A DNA stretch of 64,000 nt from Podarcis cretensis (lineage: Eukaryota): the NCBI GenBank assembly GCA_951804945.1, contig OX638154.1, positions 52,080,001-52,144,000 of the forward strand, given 5' to 3'. Below, one piece after another: positions 1 to 54,684 of this stretch (the stretch's first letter is position 1; every line of letters starts with the position of its first letter). The position numbers and the translations under genes were made by a program. The notes under the pieces were generated by a model. The model was not told where the DNA came from. It saw only the letters and a list, made by a program, of their open reading frames with translations, and searched no databases.

Positions 1-720
1 GGATGTTTTCGATGGTATCCCCATGAATTTTTGTTCCTCTGCAGTTATGGTTGGCATGGTCAGCCCTGTTAGGAATCTTCTGATTTCCTGTTCAGGTGGG
101 TTGTGGGAGGTGTATAGGTTGGCATAAAATTCTGAGGTTATTTCTTTGGTGGTGGATGTTAACGCAACCGTCTTTTATAGTGACACAGTATATACTTGTT
201 TTGAGTGATTCCCCCCCCCCCTCGCATCTGTTTGCTAATAGTCTGGAGTTCTTCCCTCCATATTCGTAAAAGCATTGTTTAGGGTATAGGATGTTAATCA
301 TTGTTTTATTGATTTCTGGAGAGTCAATTTCCCTTCTTTTTTGTTCTATGAATTTAAGGAGTTTTTTTGGCTTCTGTTTGTTTGTAGTGTGATGACAAGG
401 TTGAAATGTCTTGTTCTAATTTACCAATTTTTGAGGAAGTTTGTTTTTTAAGGGATGTCCTCTCCTTTATGTAAGCTCCTCTGATGACCACTTTCATTGT
501 GTCCCAGAGAAGGGGGGTTGCAATGTTGTCTACATCGTTGTCCTTAAAGTAGTTTTGGAGAGTTTTCAAGAGACTCTCTAGGTAGTTTGTTTGTGGTTAG
601 GATGGGGCTGAAGGACCATGATTGGGTAGTTTATGCTTCCTCTCCTGTTAGGAGGGTTGCTTCTACTGGGGCATGGTCTGTGATTTTAATGTTCTGTGTC
701 TGAGTCCTAAGAAGCATGCT
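1..720 (-). mobile_element. Degenerate L1-clade LINE ORF2 fragment (end of endonuclease and linker), in a CCDC24 intron
   Basis: Minus-strand peptides IKITDHAPV (SDH-like motif), LLWDTMKVVIRG and KQCFYEYGGKNSRLLA, broken by stops and frameshifts. Confidence 0.8.
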
Positions 721-962
721 AGTTCGGTTTGATGAATCCCTGTCCTGTGACAGCCATACAGAGAGGATGGGAGTACAACTCATTGAAAGAGACTAGGGGT
801 CCTGGAAAGAAAATGACTGACATCCCCAACCAAATTCTGTTACCTGATCCTTGTGCCAGTGTCCCATTCAAGCTTTGTTTAGTGCAGGAATGCCCAGTTG
901 CAGGCATCAAGCCCGTCTGGCCACAGGAAAATGCAAGTCTCACCCAATTTCTGTTTCCTTAG

Positions 963-1049
963 GCCATTATTCTCCAGAACCGCTAATCTGGAATCCTTCT
1001 GTAATAAACTGAATATTGCCCATATCAGTGAGGTAGCCTCTCAACTTCG
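963..1049 (+). CDS. CCDC24: CCDC24 internal exon, 87 nt (PLFSRTANLESFCNKLNIAHISEVASQLR)
   Basis: tttccttag| acceptor (alternative in-frame acceptor starting at 978), TCG|GTAAGT donor. Confidence 0.85.
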
Positions 1050-4000
1050 GTAAGTTTTTGCTCTATTAGGTTTTTTATTTGCACAAATATTGTAAGAGGG
1101 AAGAAGGCACAAGAGGGTTACAGGTATCCGTTGCAGGTGTCTGGAAGGCAGATATAACAGAAGACCTTGTGTCTGAGAACAGTAAACTCACTGCAGAGAC
1201 AGAAGGGAAGCTGGGGATGGCATTGTGTGAAAATGTGTGCAGATGGACCCAAGCAGCTTGTATTCTACCTTCTAACTCTCCCCATCATCTGTCTCCCAGT
1301 CTGGCCTATACCACAATCATGAAGACAAGGAGGGGCAAGAGTCTCTTTCCAAACTTCCTCAGGGTACAGATATAATTTTTATGGCACATTTTGCTCTGTG
1401 TAATTGCAAGGAGTGAAGCAGATGAAACAACAGTTGTGGCAGAACTTGGTGGGAAGGGCATAGCATAAAAAGGTGGGAACCTCAAGAGAAGGTCAAGAAG
1501 CAACACAGGAGTGTGGTGTCTAAGCCATACATAGTCTTGGCTTCCAGTGCAGTCTCCAGTGGGGAACACACAAAGGGCTTTGTAAAGATTCTTCCATCTT
1601 GTGCCACTGGGCATCCTGCAAATTCCAGGCAGTATGTACAGTTATTGAAGGGAGCTTGCTAAAGTCCACCCTCAGAAATGCCAGAAAGTGTTCACCAGCC
1701 AGGAACTTGGGGAACTCTGAATAAGGAGAGCAGCAGAGTACAAAACAAGGTTTAGAAACACTGTCAGCATTAGAGATACTTGTGCCTAGTTACGAACTGC
1801 TTCAAAGTAGCGTGGTTTTCTCTTCTCATCCCTAGCAACATGAGCTGCCATTGCAAGCAGATGGTGGCTATCCTCACATCTAACTTTCATTTGAATTGCC
1901 AGCCCCTACATTGGGAACGTAAACAAAAAGTGAGGAAGATGTGGAGACACCAAGTCTGCAATGCTGGCAATTGCTTTCTGTCCCAAATGTATCACCTCCT
2001 TTGGGTCTCACTGGCTGTACTATTTTTTCTAGAACCTTGCTAGAGGATGAGTGCTGTGATCTGGAAAGATACATCCCCTATTTACAGGTAAGGGCTGAAC
2101 CCTTCTCATCTCAAGGAGGGTCTCTAGGGTTCCTCATAAGCAGCGTTTCTCCCATGCGCTTCCAAGCATCTGCTTCAAGTTTTGGTCAATAGGTCTGTGA
2201 GACTGGTTTTTGTTGCAGCTTGGGTGGAGCATCTGCGGCAACATTTCCTCAGCCCTTCTAGACTATTGTGTAAGAACAGAGGCAAGGCTCTGTGGGATCT
2301 GACCAAAGCCCCATCTAGTCTAGCACCCTGTTCTCACAGATGCTTATAGTAAATTTGCATGCAGGATATCTCCACGGCAAGTCATCTAAGTTGGCACCCA
2401 TCCCTATATCTCATGGGGGCAAATTCCATAGTTACTTTTGTTTGTCCTGAATGTTGCAACCATCTTCTTCATTGGATGGACCCAAGTTCTAGTATTACCG
2501 CTCTCATGTCTTCCTTCCTGCCCACGTACATAGGAGCTTGATCTCAGAGCTGTACCTACAAAGCTGTTCCCATGGCTATGGCAGCCTGGGTTAGAACAGA
2601 GTGTGGGCAGGCCTTGGGTCAGAACTCTTGAGAGGAGTGACAAGGGTGTTTGGCTTCCATACCAGTTCTATAACTGCCCAAATAGCTAGCTTTTTTGTTT
2701 CCTTCCCAAATCTGGGGGACAGGGAGGGGCTGAGGAGTCAGTGGCAGGAAAACTGTTATGATGATTTGGATGTGAAAACACCATTACATTGGGCTGCAGG
2801 ACTGCTGCAAGGGTACTTCCTGTCACCAGTGTCTGATGATTATTATTATTTATTAAAAACACACCTTTGCAGCAGTACACCCATAGTGCTGAGAGCTGCC
2901 AAGTTATGAAATCACAGTGACTTGTGACTGTGGAATCAGGGTCAAAAGAATTGTAGAACTGCAGTTGGAATGATCATCTAATCCCAATGAATCTGCTCCA
3001 ACCTCCAACAATGTAGGCTACCCACTGCTAGAGCATCCCTGAGAAGTGGCCATTTAGCCTCTGCTTAAAAACCTCTAACAAATGAGAGCCTATTAAGTCA
3101 GCCCACTATTTTCCAGAAGAATATGAAAAGAGCATCATCAGCTGAAGGGACTGGATATGCTGGTGCCTCTCCATTAGCTTTCTGCAGTGACTGGGGCAAC
3201 TAGAAGGCTGGGAGGTAAAGTAAGGTATTTAATACGGGAAGACATTCCAACACGAGGAAAACTTGTAAGCAGAGACATGTACATCTTTAAGAGAAATGGT
3301 ATAGTTAAAGGAGCAGCTTCTTTCTTCAGTGTTGTGTTTCCTATAGCATTTTTCATGTTCCACAGTGCCAACTGGAGGAGGCGCATCAGCATGCTACAGA
3401 GCTGCTAGAGGCAACACATGAACCCACCATGGCTGGTATGCAGAACCCGAGTCTCGGATAAGGCCAGGCTGGGAATTGGGGAAGGGATGCAGCATCATGG
3501 TGCCTATAGCCATCATCTTTAGGCAGGTGTTGCCAAGGAGTGGCGTTTGCAGTGGGGCATGGTCTCTTTGTGAGTGCCAGCCCCAATGCTCTTCATGATT
3601 GTTGCTTCCCCCAACCCCCATGAAATAGGGTCTTCTCTCCACAGAATTACAAGAGGAGAAGCGCACCATGGAACGGGATTTGCAGCTAAGCCAGCCTAAG
3701 CCAGGCACCAGCCCTTCCCTGATGTCGAAACATCTTGGGAGTAGCAGCTACCAGCCGCAATTCAGGTGGGCTTGCAAGCACCAAAGCTATGATACCATGA
3801 AGCTGCATAATATTATAACTGAGGGGTAGCTGTTAAACTGGCGCCTGCAGCAGAGAGGTGCAACCCATAGTTCAGGGTTGGTTTATTATTCTATGGCAGG
3901 GGTCACCAACGCAGTGCCCTCCAAGTGGGGCTGTTGGGAGTCTAACATCTAGAGGGGGCATCTTGTTGGCTTTTTGTGCTGTATGGTCTCTAGCATACCT

Positions 4001-4526
4001 GCCATATTTTAAGTAAAAATTCTGGAGTTTGTTGTGCGTAGGACCCATTAGTTCTGCTGGTAGTGACTAAGGCTTTTCTCTCCTTGATGCTTTACATGGA
4101 AAGATGCTTGGTCAACACCTCCTGCTTCTTGGTAACCCCTTCCTTTCCTTTCGCAGTGGCTTGAGAGGCTCAGCAAAAGGACCAAGCTTTGGAGAGATCA
4201 GTCCTGCTTCTTCACCAACTCTCAGAGATCAGGCTTCTCCTTTATGCCATCAGGCACTACCCTGGCGGGGCCACTCAGCACGAGGGTCCTATGGATGGCC
4301 GCAGCGAGATGGTGAGGAACCCAACCATGCCAGGAAGGACAATGATGTTCTGTTGCCCAGACCTGTGCTGCCAGTGCCTCTGAAAGGGGGCAGGATTGCT
4401 TCAGCCTGTGGGCTGGCAGTAGCAGGGTTGGACCATGTCTTCCACCCCACGCCTCCTACAGAGCCATGCCCAGTGCCCCGCTTCTGCCCTCGCACTCGGC
4501 TGCTGCGATGCAAAGGACCCAGCTAG
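963..4526 (+). CDS. CCDC24: Coiled-coil domain-containing protein 24, 3' part: join 963-1049, 2033-2087, 3366-3435, 3645-3765, 4157-4526 (5' exons outside the window)
   Basis: Five AG/GT-bounded exons join in frame to ...LESFCNKLNIAHISEVASQLR-TLLEDECCDLERYIPYLQ-CQLEEAHQHATELLEATHEPTMA-ELQEEKRTMERDLQ..., which resembles the recalled mammalian CCDC24 segment [21 protein letters not shown]...EPTLAELKEQKKAMEQELQ. CCDC24 is the known tail-to-tail neighbour of SLC6A9. Confidence 0.88.
2033..2087 (+). CDS. CCDC24: CCDC24 internal exon, 55 nt (TLLEDECCDLERYIPYLQ)
   Basis: ttttttctag| acceptor, CAG|GTAAGG donor. Confidence 0.88.
3366..3435 (+). CDS. CCDC24: CCDC24 internal exon, 70 nt (CQLEEAHQHATELLEATHEPTMA)
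   Basis: ttccacag| acceptor, CTG|GTATGC donor. Confidence 0.87.
3645..3765 (+). CDS. CCDC24: CCDC24 internal exon, 121 nt (ELQEEKRTMERDLQLSQPKPG...QPQF)
   Basis: ctctccacag| acceptor, CAG|GTGGGC donor; coiled-coil-like heptads. Confidence 0.85.
4157..4526 (+). CDS. CCDC24: CCDC24 last coding exon (GLRGSAKGPSF...RLLRCKGPS*), Pro-rich tail
   Basis: ttcctttcgcag| acceptor in the correct phase; frame equals ORF 4104..4526. Confidence 0.75.
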
Positions 4527-4889
4527 GGAATGGAGAGCTGCCGCCTTCCCTTAAGTACCCCATTTCCCGCTCCCATGCTGCAGAGTCTTCAAGGGACCTA
4601 GCCCTGCAGCATCCTGTGCCTCAAGAGTTGCTGCGGTTGCCTTTTGCTCATCCTTGTGAACAGGGTCAATGGGATTCCAGGGAAAGCGAAAAGGCAAAGA
4701 AATGCATACACACAACCTCCCCCAACCCATGAATGCAGATAAACTACTTGCAAGTGGGACCCATGCCAGTGAGATGCTTCTTCTCCTTCTTGTCCACAAC
4801 ACAGGACAGTGGGCCTTGTGGCAGTGAGGCTGTGAACCCAACCCCACACCTTCCACATACCTCCACGCACACCAAAGAACTGTACCACC

Positions 4890-7065
4890 CAAGGTTCAGG
4901 AATATAAATTTCATTAAAATCTATCAGACTTTAAAAATCTACAACTGGAAGAGTCACAGTATGGGAGACGCGTCACAATTATTGCTATGAACAATGAGGC
5001 GGCAATGCTAGCTGCCGCCTTCGACACAGGAGGAAAGGACAGACACGGAACCATGCATTAAATAGTGCAGCCTCGGCGCAGAGGAGGGAAGGTCTGGGGG
5101 CTTGCGGCTTAGGGCAAAAGTACCATCATGGCATGGAGCCATCTGTCCCCCCTCTCCCTCTTAACTGCTCACGATGCAGACGTTTGGCACTTGAACGCTG
5201 GCTGCTATGCCCATGCCACCGGCTGGAGCAGGTACCACGTGGGTAGGAGCCAGGTGTGCCCTTGCTGTTGGCACCATGGCTACACCGCAGCAATCGTGCA
5301 CGGCTGGGAGCTGAGGGGTGCCCCCCGACATGCACTGTTTGGCATTGGTTAAGTGAATTGGCATCGGGGTACAAGACAGGATTGTGGCTGCCGGGGTCTC
5401 CTGTCTCCTCCACCCAGGCGTTTCTAGGGGGTAAAGTGCAGGCAGCAACACTGACATGGAAACACGGGACGGTGAGGCCGGAAGACGGAACCATAAGTAC
5501 CTCCTACCCATCTGAGGCAGCACAGGCCCTGCTTTGTGTTAGGGAGAAAAGCCTTGGAGCTGGAGACGGGGCTGGTGCCTATGGCCAACTTCTCCAAAGC
5601 TTCACCATGAAGCTAGCAGCTTCTGCCCCCACCACTAGTGGAGAAGTGGGCCACATGGAACCCAGGCCTGGCCAGGATAGCCTTTAGGGAAGCTTGTGCT
5701 TTTGCTCTGTGTGTGTGTGTCTTTCCCACCTGCAATGGTGTGGGCAGGACATGGCACATCATCTGCTCTTAGCACCATGGTTGGCTCTGTCCCTTTCCCT
5801 GTGGGATAGGGCAGAGCTAGGTCCCAATGGTCTCTTACCTTTGTGGAGACCCCATTCAAATTAATTTATTCCCTTTAGGGGAAGAGTGTAGAAAAGTGCT
5901 TCAGAATAACAGGCTTGGGGGAGCATCCAGAAGATGCTGTCTAGACCAGGAATGCACACCTGGGCAAAATCTGTCCAGTGGGCTGCATGTGCTGCCCAGA
6001 GTCTGTGGTGCTGCCCAAGATGTCTATCATGGTAATACGGTGCATCCAGCCTCTCAGCTGTTGCTTTTTCTATTTGTGAGAGATGCTGTTTGCTTATGTT
6101 TCACTCTGCAGGTGTGCGATTCTGGATGGTGTGCAAATAAGGCTCAATATTAAGATCAGGAGGGAGACAAGTGCATATTTTTGTTCATGGAGTTGTGATC
6201 CTCCCATGCTCTTGCAACCCAATTAAAGAGAGCTCTCCTGCCCCCTACCCACCCACCCCAATCATTAACCTGCCAAATTCAATACATAGTTTCTAGCAGG
6301 AACGTTTCTTATCATGGGAGGCCATGGCGAGAAGTGCAAATTGGTAAGTGCTGGGGAAGCTAGCTTTCCTTTCCTAGGTGGGGAAGCTGGGAAGGTCTGT
6401 GCAGTGGTTGGGGGGGGGAGGTGCAGTCTTAAGTGCATCTCTGGAAAAGCCCTCGCAGGGGCAACAGCCTAGCTGAAGGCTGCCTAGCCTGTGGCCAAGC
6501 GATGCCTAGAATGTCAGGATTAACATTTACAATTAAAACCAACCCTCTTGCCCTCCCCCTCCCCCCACCCCAATCCCCCATTTGCTTATCTGTGGGGCCA
6601 GTCCCCAGGGCCCTGATCCAGGGCAGTATGGGGCATACCACCCCCAATAGATACCAGACCCCCTGGGCCCAGGTGCAGCTGCCAGAATCCACCCCCAAAG
6701 GGGTTGCTGAGCCAGCGAGGCTCCAACCGACCCTCCTCCTGGTGCCCTTTCCCAAGGCACCCCCAACGGTTCAGCCAGTGCACACCCTCCCCACCCCTGA
6801 CCCTGGTCCTGGTTGCAAATTGGGGCCATCCGAACGTGACTGTAAACATGAGGGTTACAAGATGGCACGGGGGCACTAATGAGGTGGGTGGGGTTGGAAC
6901 TCACAGCCCCTCCCCCAGAGTCCGGCGCAGCCCGGGAGCCAGGGCTCCCCCACCCAGTGGGGGGGCGCTGTCATATATCTGAGCAGAGTAGGGTTTGGAG
7001 AACCAGGGCAGGTGGGAGAGGGGAGGTGCAAGGAGGGCTCCCTGCCCTGCCTCCCAGGCTCATGT
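4890..7065 (-). other. SLC6A9: SLC6A9 3' UTR (about 2.2 kb, end approximate)
   Basis: Follows the stop. AATAAA at 5865-5870 (minus); AATGAA at 4910-4915 (minus) followed by a GU-rich tract at about 4840-4890. Confidence 0.55.
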
Positions 7066-49550
<42,485 letters not shown>

Positions 49551-49858
49551 GGTTGGGGGCCGTGATGTGAGCGCCCAGCTGCCCACTGTCCGTCTTGATG
49601 GCTAGGCTTCCCAGGCTACACAGAGAGCTCAGACAGAAGCGCAAATTAGACCAAAGAGACAGGAAGCTGTGGAGAATAAAACGGGCTTTGGTTAGAGAAA
49701 ATGAAACAAGAGAAGACTCCTGTCCTCTAAATTAGGGGTGACAAAACTTTTTTTTTGGGGGGGGAGGTTCAAGGGCCGCATTCACTCCTGGCCAGTCCTG
49801 CAGGGGCCACATACTAATGGTGGGTGTGGCCTAAAGTTATTGCAGTCACCTCACATTT

Positions 49859-49859
<1 letters not shown>

Positions 49860-49899
<40 letters not shown>
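49860..49899. repeat. (CA)n microsatellite
   Basis: Direct reading. Confidence 0.95.
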
Positions 49900-49902
<3 letters not shown>

Positions 49903-52900
49903 CTCCCCTCTCCAGCAGATCAATGTGGAAGGGGGGGGGGTTATTGCTCATCTCTGCTCATCAAATGATTGATCTGATGACCACAGAATGAGAGATTTGC
50001 ATCCCCATCAGGGTGCTGAGCAGAGAGCTTGAACCCTCCCTGACCACTCAAGTTCTGTGTCTACTTCATTCACACCAGCACTACTTTTTTGCCACTGCCA
50101 TCAAAATTAGGGGCAGGGGAGGTGGTTTGGGAAGGTGGCTGGATCAGGCCTCTGGGCCAGGGGTATACCCCTGCTCTAAAGATTCAACGAGGGGAACACA
50201 CACACAAACACACGTGACCAAGACTGGTGAATTTGCAAGGACCATCTCTTTTTACAGCAAAAATTACGTTGCCGTTTCCCAGTCTACATTCAGCATATTC
50301 CCAAAGATGGTAAAATGAGAGCAGGGCTGGAAGAGGATGCAGAGTTTGGGTTAACAGGCGCTTATATCTGCCCCATCATTTCTGGTTCCTTCAGCCCATT
50401 GCCATCTCTGAAGCGGGAAGAAGAATCACACACGTGGCTGCAAAGAGCGTAGCAGTGCTCAGGGCAGGGGAAGTCTTCAGGGCACCAAACACGCACAGGG
50501 GCACAGCTGCCACTGAGGACACAGATGGGAGGCAATTGCCTTCCACCCTGGTGCACCTAGTCACGTGCCAGGTCAGCTCTGCCATTGTGCTAGAGACCAG
50601 GTGGTACTGCCAGGCAGTGAAAAAGGGACAGCCATGGTGTCTGTGTGTCTGTCTGTGGCAGGGAAAGGCATCGCCCGAGATAGTTTGTAAGACATCGGCG
50701 ACAAAAATGCATTGGTTGTTGGTCATGAAGGGGGCAGAGCATGAAAGGTTGCCTCTATAAACTGTAGCACATGGGGAACAGGGTGGATGGGGAGAGGACA
50801 GGGTGGGTACTTAGAGGGACCTTGCTGGTGGCTGAGCCTGAGCCAGTGAGAGAAGGAGCTGAATGAAGTGTGCAAGCTCTTCTCTACTGTCCCACACAAA
50901 GGGGACGCAAATTCCGAGTCATTTTTGTCTCTTCTGCGATGATTCAACTCCAGATAAGGTGACTTGGAGAAAGCAAACCTGAATTGACTCTTGTTCAGAC
51001 CCTCAACTCAAATGGCCCAGCTTCATGTTAAATGCCAGGGGTCAAATACCCCATGGAGACTGAATACCAACCACCCAAAATGCACGCAGCAATTGGTAGT
51101 GTTAAAAATTCTTTTTAATGTACTATCACTGCACTTAGCCGCCACTCCAAGGATGTGGCTACTGTAAGGAAAGGGTTCTGGTAATTCTGTCTTCTCAGCT
51201 CCTCGCAGACCTATCTGAGCATCCACTTCTGCCTGTGCCTTCCAATGGTGGGCCCCAGGTGCCCTCCCCCCCCCCCCAGGGGGCTGACCTAGCTGCATCA
51301 GACATTTCTGGTCACCAGGGAGGAAACATCACCTCATTCTCTTCACCTGGTCTCCAGCTAGGGGAATGTGCACATGTAAGCATGAACACCAGAGTCCTGG
51401 TCTTCTCTTTACTTCCATAATATACTTGGCTCTGAGTACCAGGGTAAACTGGCGCTGAAAGCAGAACTCGGCAACAAGAAAGTAGACACAGACTGTCATT
51501 CAGTCTCTCTAAATTATTGAATTAAAATTCAGAACCCAAATTCGGGAACACTAACGACTAAATAAATAACATCAGGACCACAGGATCCGTGATCGAATAT
51601 AAATTATGAAAACCAATATAATTAAGCAAATTAAGCAGCTTGGGTTTTTGCAAACGTAGAACAGGGCAAAAGAGAGAGGTGTTTATAAATAACATGGCGG
51701 ACTCACTAGTTTGGTTGAAATACAGCGAGCCATGGGGTTGGGTGGGGGGACAGCGCTTCATTTCAGCTTCAGGACAAGGCTAGATCCTTTTGCTTGACAT
51801 TCTATGGATGCTAATTGTATTCAGCAAGCAATAAAGCTGAACAAATTGTGCTTCACTTCCTGTGAACAGGACTGTGAACACAAAACTGGGCCCTGGATAT
51901 CTTATTGTGAGACAACCACTAAACAGCTGGCACATTCACTACAGAAAAACAGGAGGTAGTCACTGCCACTTTTTTTTTTCAATTCTCCAGGACAGAGGTG
52001 GCAACCTCAATACCACAGGGCACATTTGGTTCCTGGACACTTGAAAGGGCAGCTCCTGAATAGTTAAAGACAGTGAACTGGAACAGATGTGTCATGAGTA
52101 TGAGCACACAGACTTGCCTCTCAACCCATTTCTTCCATCAACTATTTTCTCATGGATTAGTTAAAATATATTCATTTTTTATTTTTATTAATTAAATTTC
52201 ACACCACCCTTCATCCAAAGATCACAGGATTGTTTACAATATAAAAACACAAAAATATATAACATAATGACAAAAACAATAACACACCCCACCCCCCCAC
52301 CCCACCCCCCCGTTTAAAAGGCTTTAATTAGCCAAAGGCCTGAAAGAAGAGAAATGTTTTTTGCCTGGCACCCAAAAATATGCCATTCTTTGGAGACATG
52401 ATTATATTCATACTTAATATTGTATATTTTTCAAAGCACTTTACACACACTGTCAGTTGCCCTTACAACAGCCATCTAGGGTACTCTGTATTATTAGCCC
52501 TGTACTGCAGACTGGAGAAAAATATGTCTCATCCAACATCCTCTACCAAATCCATGGCAGAGGGGATATTTAACAAGGGACTTCCTGGTTCAAAGCTTAG
52601 TCATTTAGTTACTACACTGTGCTGTGTTGGGAGCTGGTCAGTGAAATCCCTGCCCTGGAACTTGTGTAGAAATGAATTCTCTCTACCACAAGAATAAGTT
52701 TCAAAGCTTTACTGCAGAACCATCTTAAACACTAGTTAAAATAAGATAAGCATTGCAAAATAACAAAAGTAATACATTGGAAATGGGGTCCGGTCCTTTA
52801 TGCAGTTCAGTAAACTTTTCTCTCTCTGAACCCAGAGAGAGATCCTAAGCTTGTTCATCATTGCAGAGCTTCTTTGCAACCACTGCTGCTCCTGCCAGCT

Positions 52901-53698
52901 ATCTCCCAGAAGCACATGCTGGCTTCTTAAGTTCCAACTTCCTGCTGTGAGAGCTCTGCAGCTCTCCTGTGATGAATCACCAGGTAGTTTACCTTATTGA
53001 ATGAAAAAGTATCAGTCTTCTTATAGGGCGGCTTCCCATACATTTTTGTACCAGTGGTCTATGTTCACTTCTTATGGGTCCTTCCAGTGTCTAGTTACAA
53101 TATTTCTAGCTGCTGAGAGTAAGTGACTTAAGCTTAAAGCAGCATGTGGACAAGCAAAGGAGGACACCTTCACCCCGGTGTAGCTCTTTTTTATCACATA
53201 TAAAGCACAACAAGACAACGACCTATCCCGCCCCAACAGCATACAAACTACTATGGCTAATCTGACCCAACAACACCGCCCCCCCCCACAGCTCACAGAT
53301 ACAAACAAACCATACTGAAACCAAGCAAGCTTTGAAGCCTCTAGTCTCTCGCAATGCCAATACAAATAAATATATAAATAAAGGACCTACACACATGATG
53401 CTGACACAAAAACCTTGTGCAAACACTGTGCAACAGAATGGAAGATCGCTATCCCCCCATCTCTCTCCCTCCCTCTCTTTCCCCCTAACCACACACAGTG
53501 TCTATGACAATAGTGTCTCATACCAAATGTAAATGAAATGTGAAAAAGACTCTATGAATCGAAAGCAGAGACTTTCCTTGTTCATTTGTTTTTATTCCAA
53601 CACAAGCCAATCTTTAACAAGAACCAATTCAAAAATATCAGCCTTCTCTGACACTTTTGCTGGAGTGAAACTTCTTGCCTAAGGTAAACTTCCCTTTA

Positions 53699-54059
53699 AA
53701 GGTAAAGGTAAAGGTACCCCTGCCCGTACGGGCCAGTCTTGACAGACTCTGGGGTTGTGCGCCCATCTCACTTAAGAGGCCAGGGGCCAGCGCTGTCCGG
53801 AGACACTTCCGGGTCACGTGGCCAGCGTGACATCGCTGCTCTGGCGAGCCATAGCCGCACACGGAAACGCCGTTTACCTTCCCGCTGGTAAGCGGTCCCT
53901 ATTTATCTACTTGCACCCGGAGGTGCTTTCGAACTGCTAGGTTGGCAGGCGCTGGGACCGAGCAGCGGGAGCGCACCCCGCCGCAGGGATTCGAACCACC
54001 GACCTTTCGATCGGCAAGTCCTAGGTGCTGAGGCTTTAACCCACAGCGCCACCTGCGTC
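53699..54059 (-). mobile_element. Full-length young Sauria-type SINE, near-identical to the 20.8 kb copy
   Basis: Same sequence with about 10 differences; 13-bp TSD AAACTTCCCTTTA (53686-53698, 54060-54072). Confidence 0.92.
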
Positions 54060-54644
54060 AAACTTCCCTTTACGGCATTTTAAATACAATGCATTCAAAC
54101 AAAGCAAGTGATGTACGTTAAACATATAACTATAACATGCTGGCTGCAATGAGGTGGGGTTTCACTTTGTACTAGAGACTGGCAGCATTAAATGAAGGAG
54201 TGATCATTACTCCAGCTGAATGCAAATGGGAAATGTGCGCTGGGAAAGGGAACATTAAAAAAATGGTGCACTGCAATCTCTAGGCCTCCAAGTAGTGAGC
54301 TTCTGAAGAACACAGGGAGGGAACAACTGCCAAGTGAAGAAGAGGAGAGAGAGGTAGCAGTGGCAGGACACAAGGCCAGCTATACTGTTAGGCAGAGAGA
54401 GGGGTTCACCTCAGGTGGCAGATTTAGGTTGTGGGGAGCAGCAAGGTTGGACAGCAGTTCTGTGTGTGCCACACAGCCCACACCAGACCTCTTAAACTAC
54501 TACCTCCAGGCAGAGTGGAGGATGCTAACATGTCACCAGTCTGGTTAATTTTAGATAGAGGTGGCACTGAGGCTCTCATGTTCTTCAACTTAAGAACCAA
54601 AATGTTTTGGGCTAGCCCTTGTTTGATGTTTGAATTTGTTGGCA

Positions 54645-54684
<40 letters not shown>
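54645..54684. repeat. (ATT)n microsatellite
   Basis: Direct reading. Confidence 0.95.
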
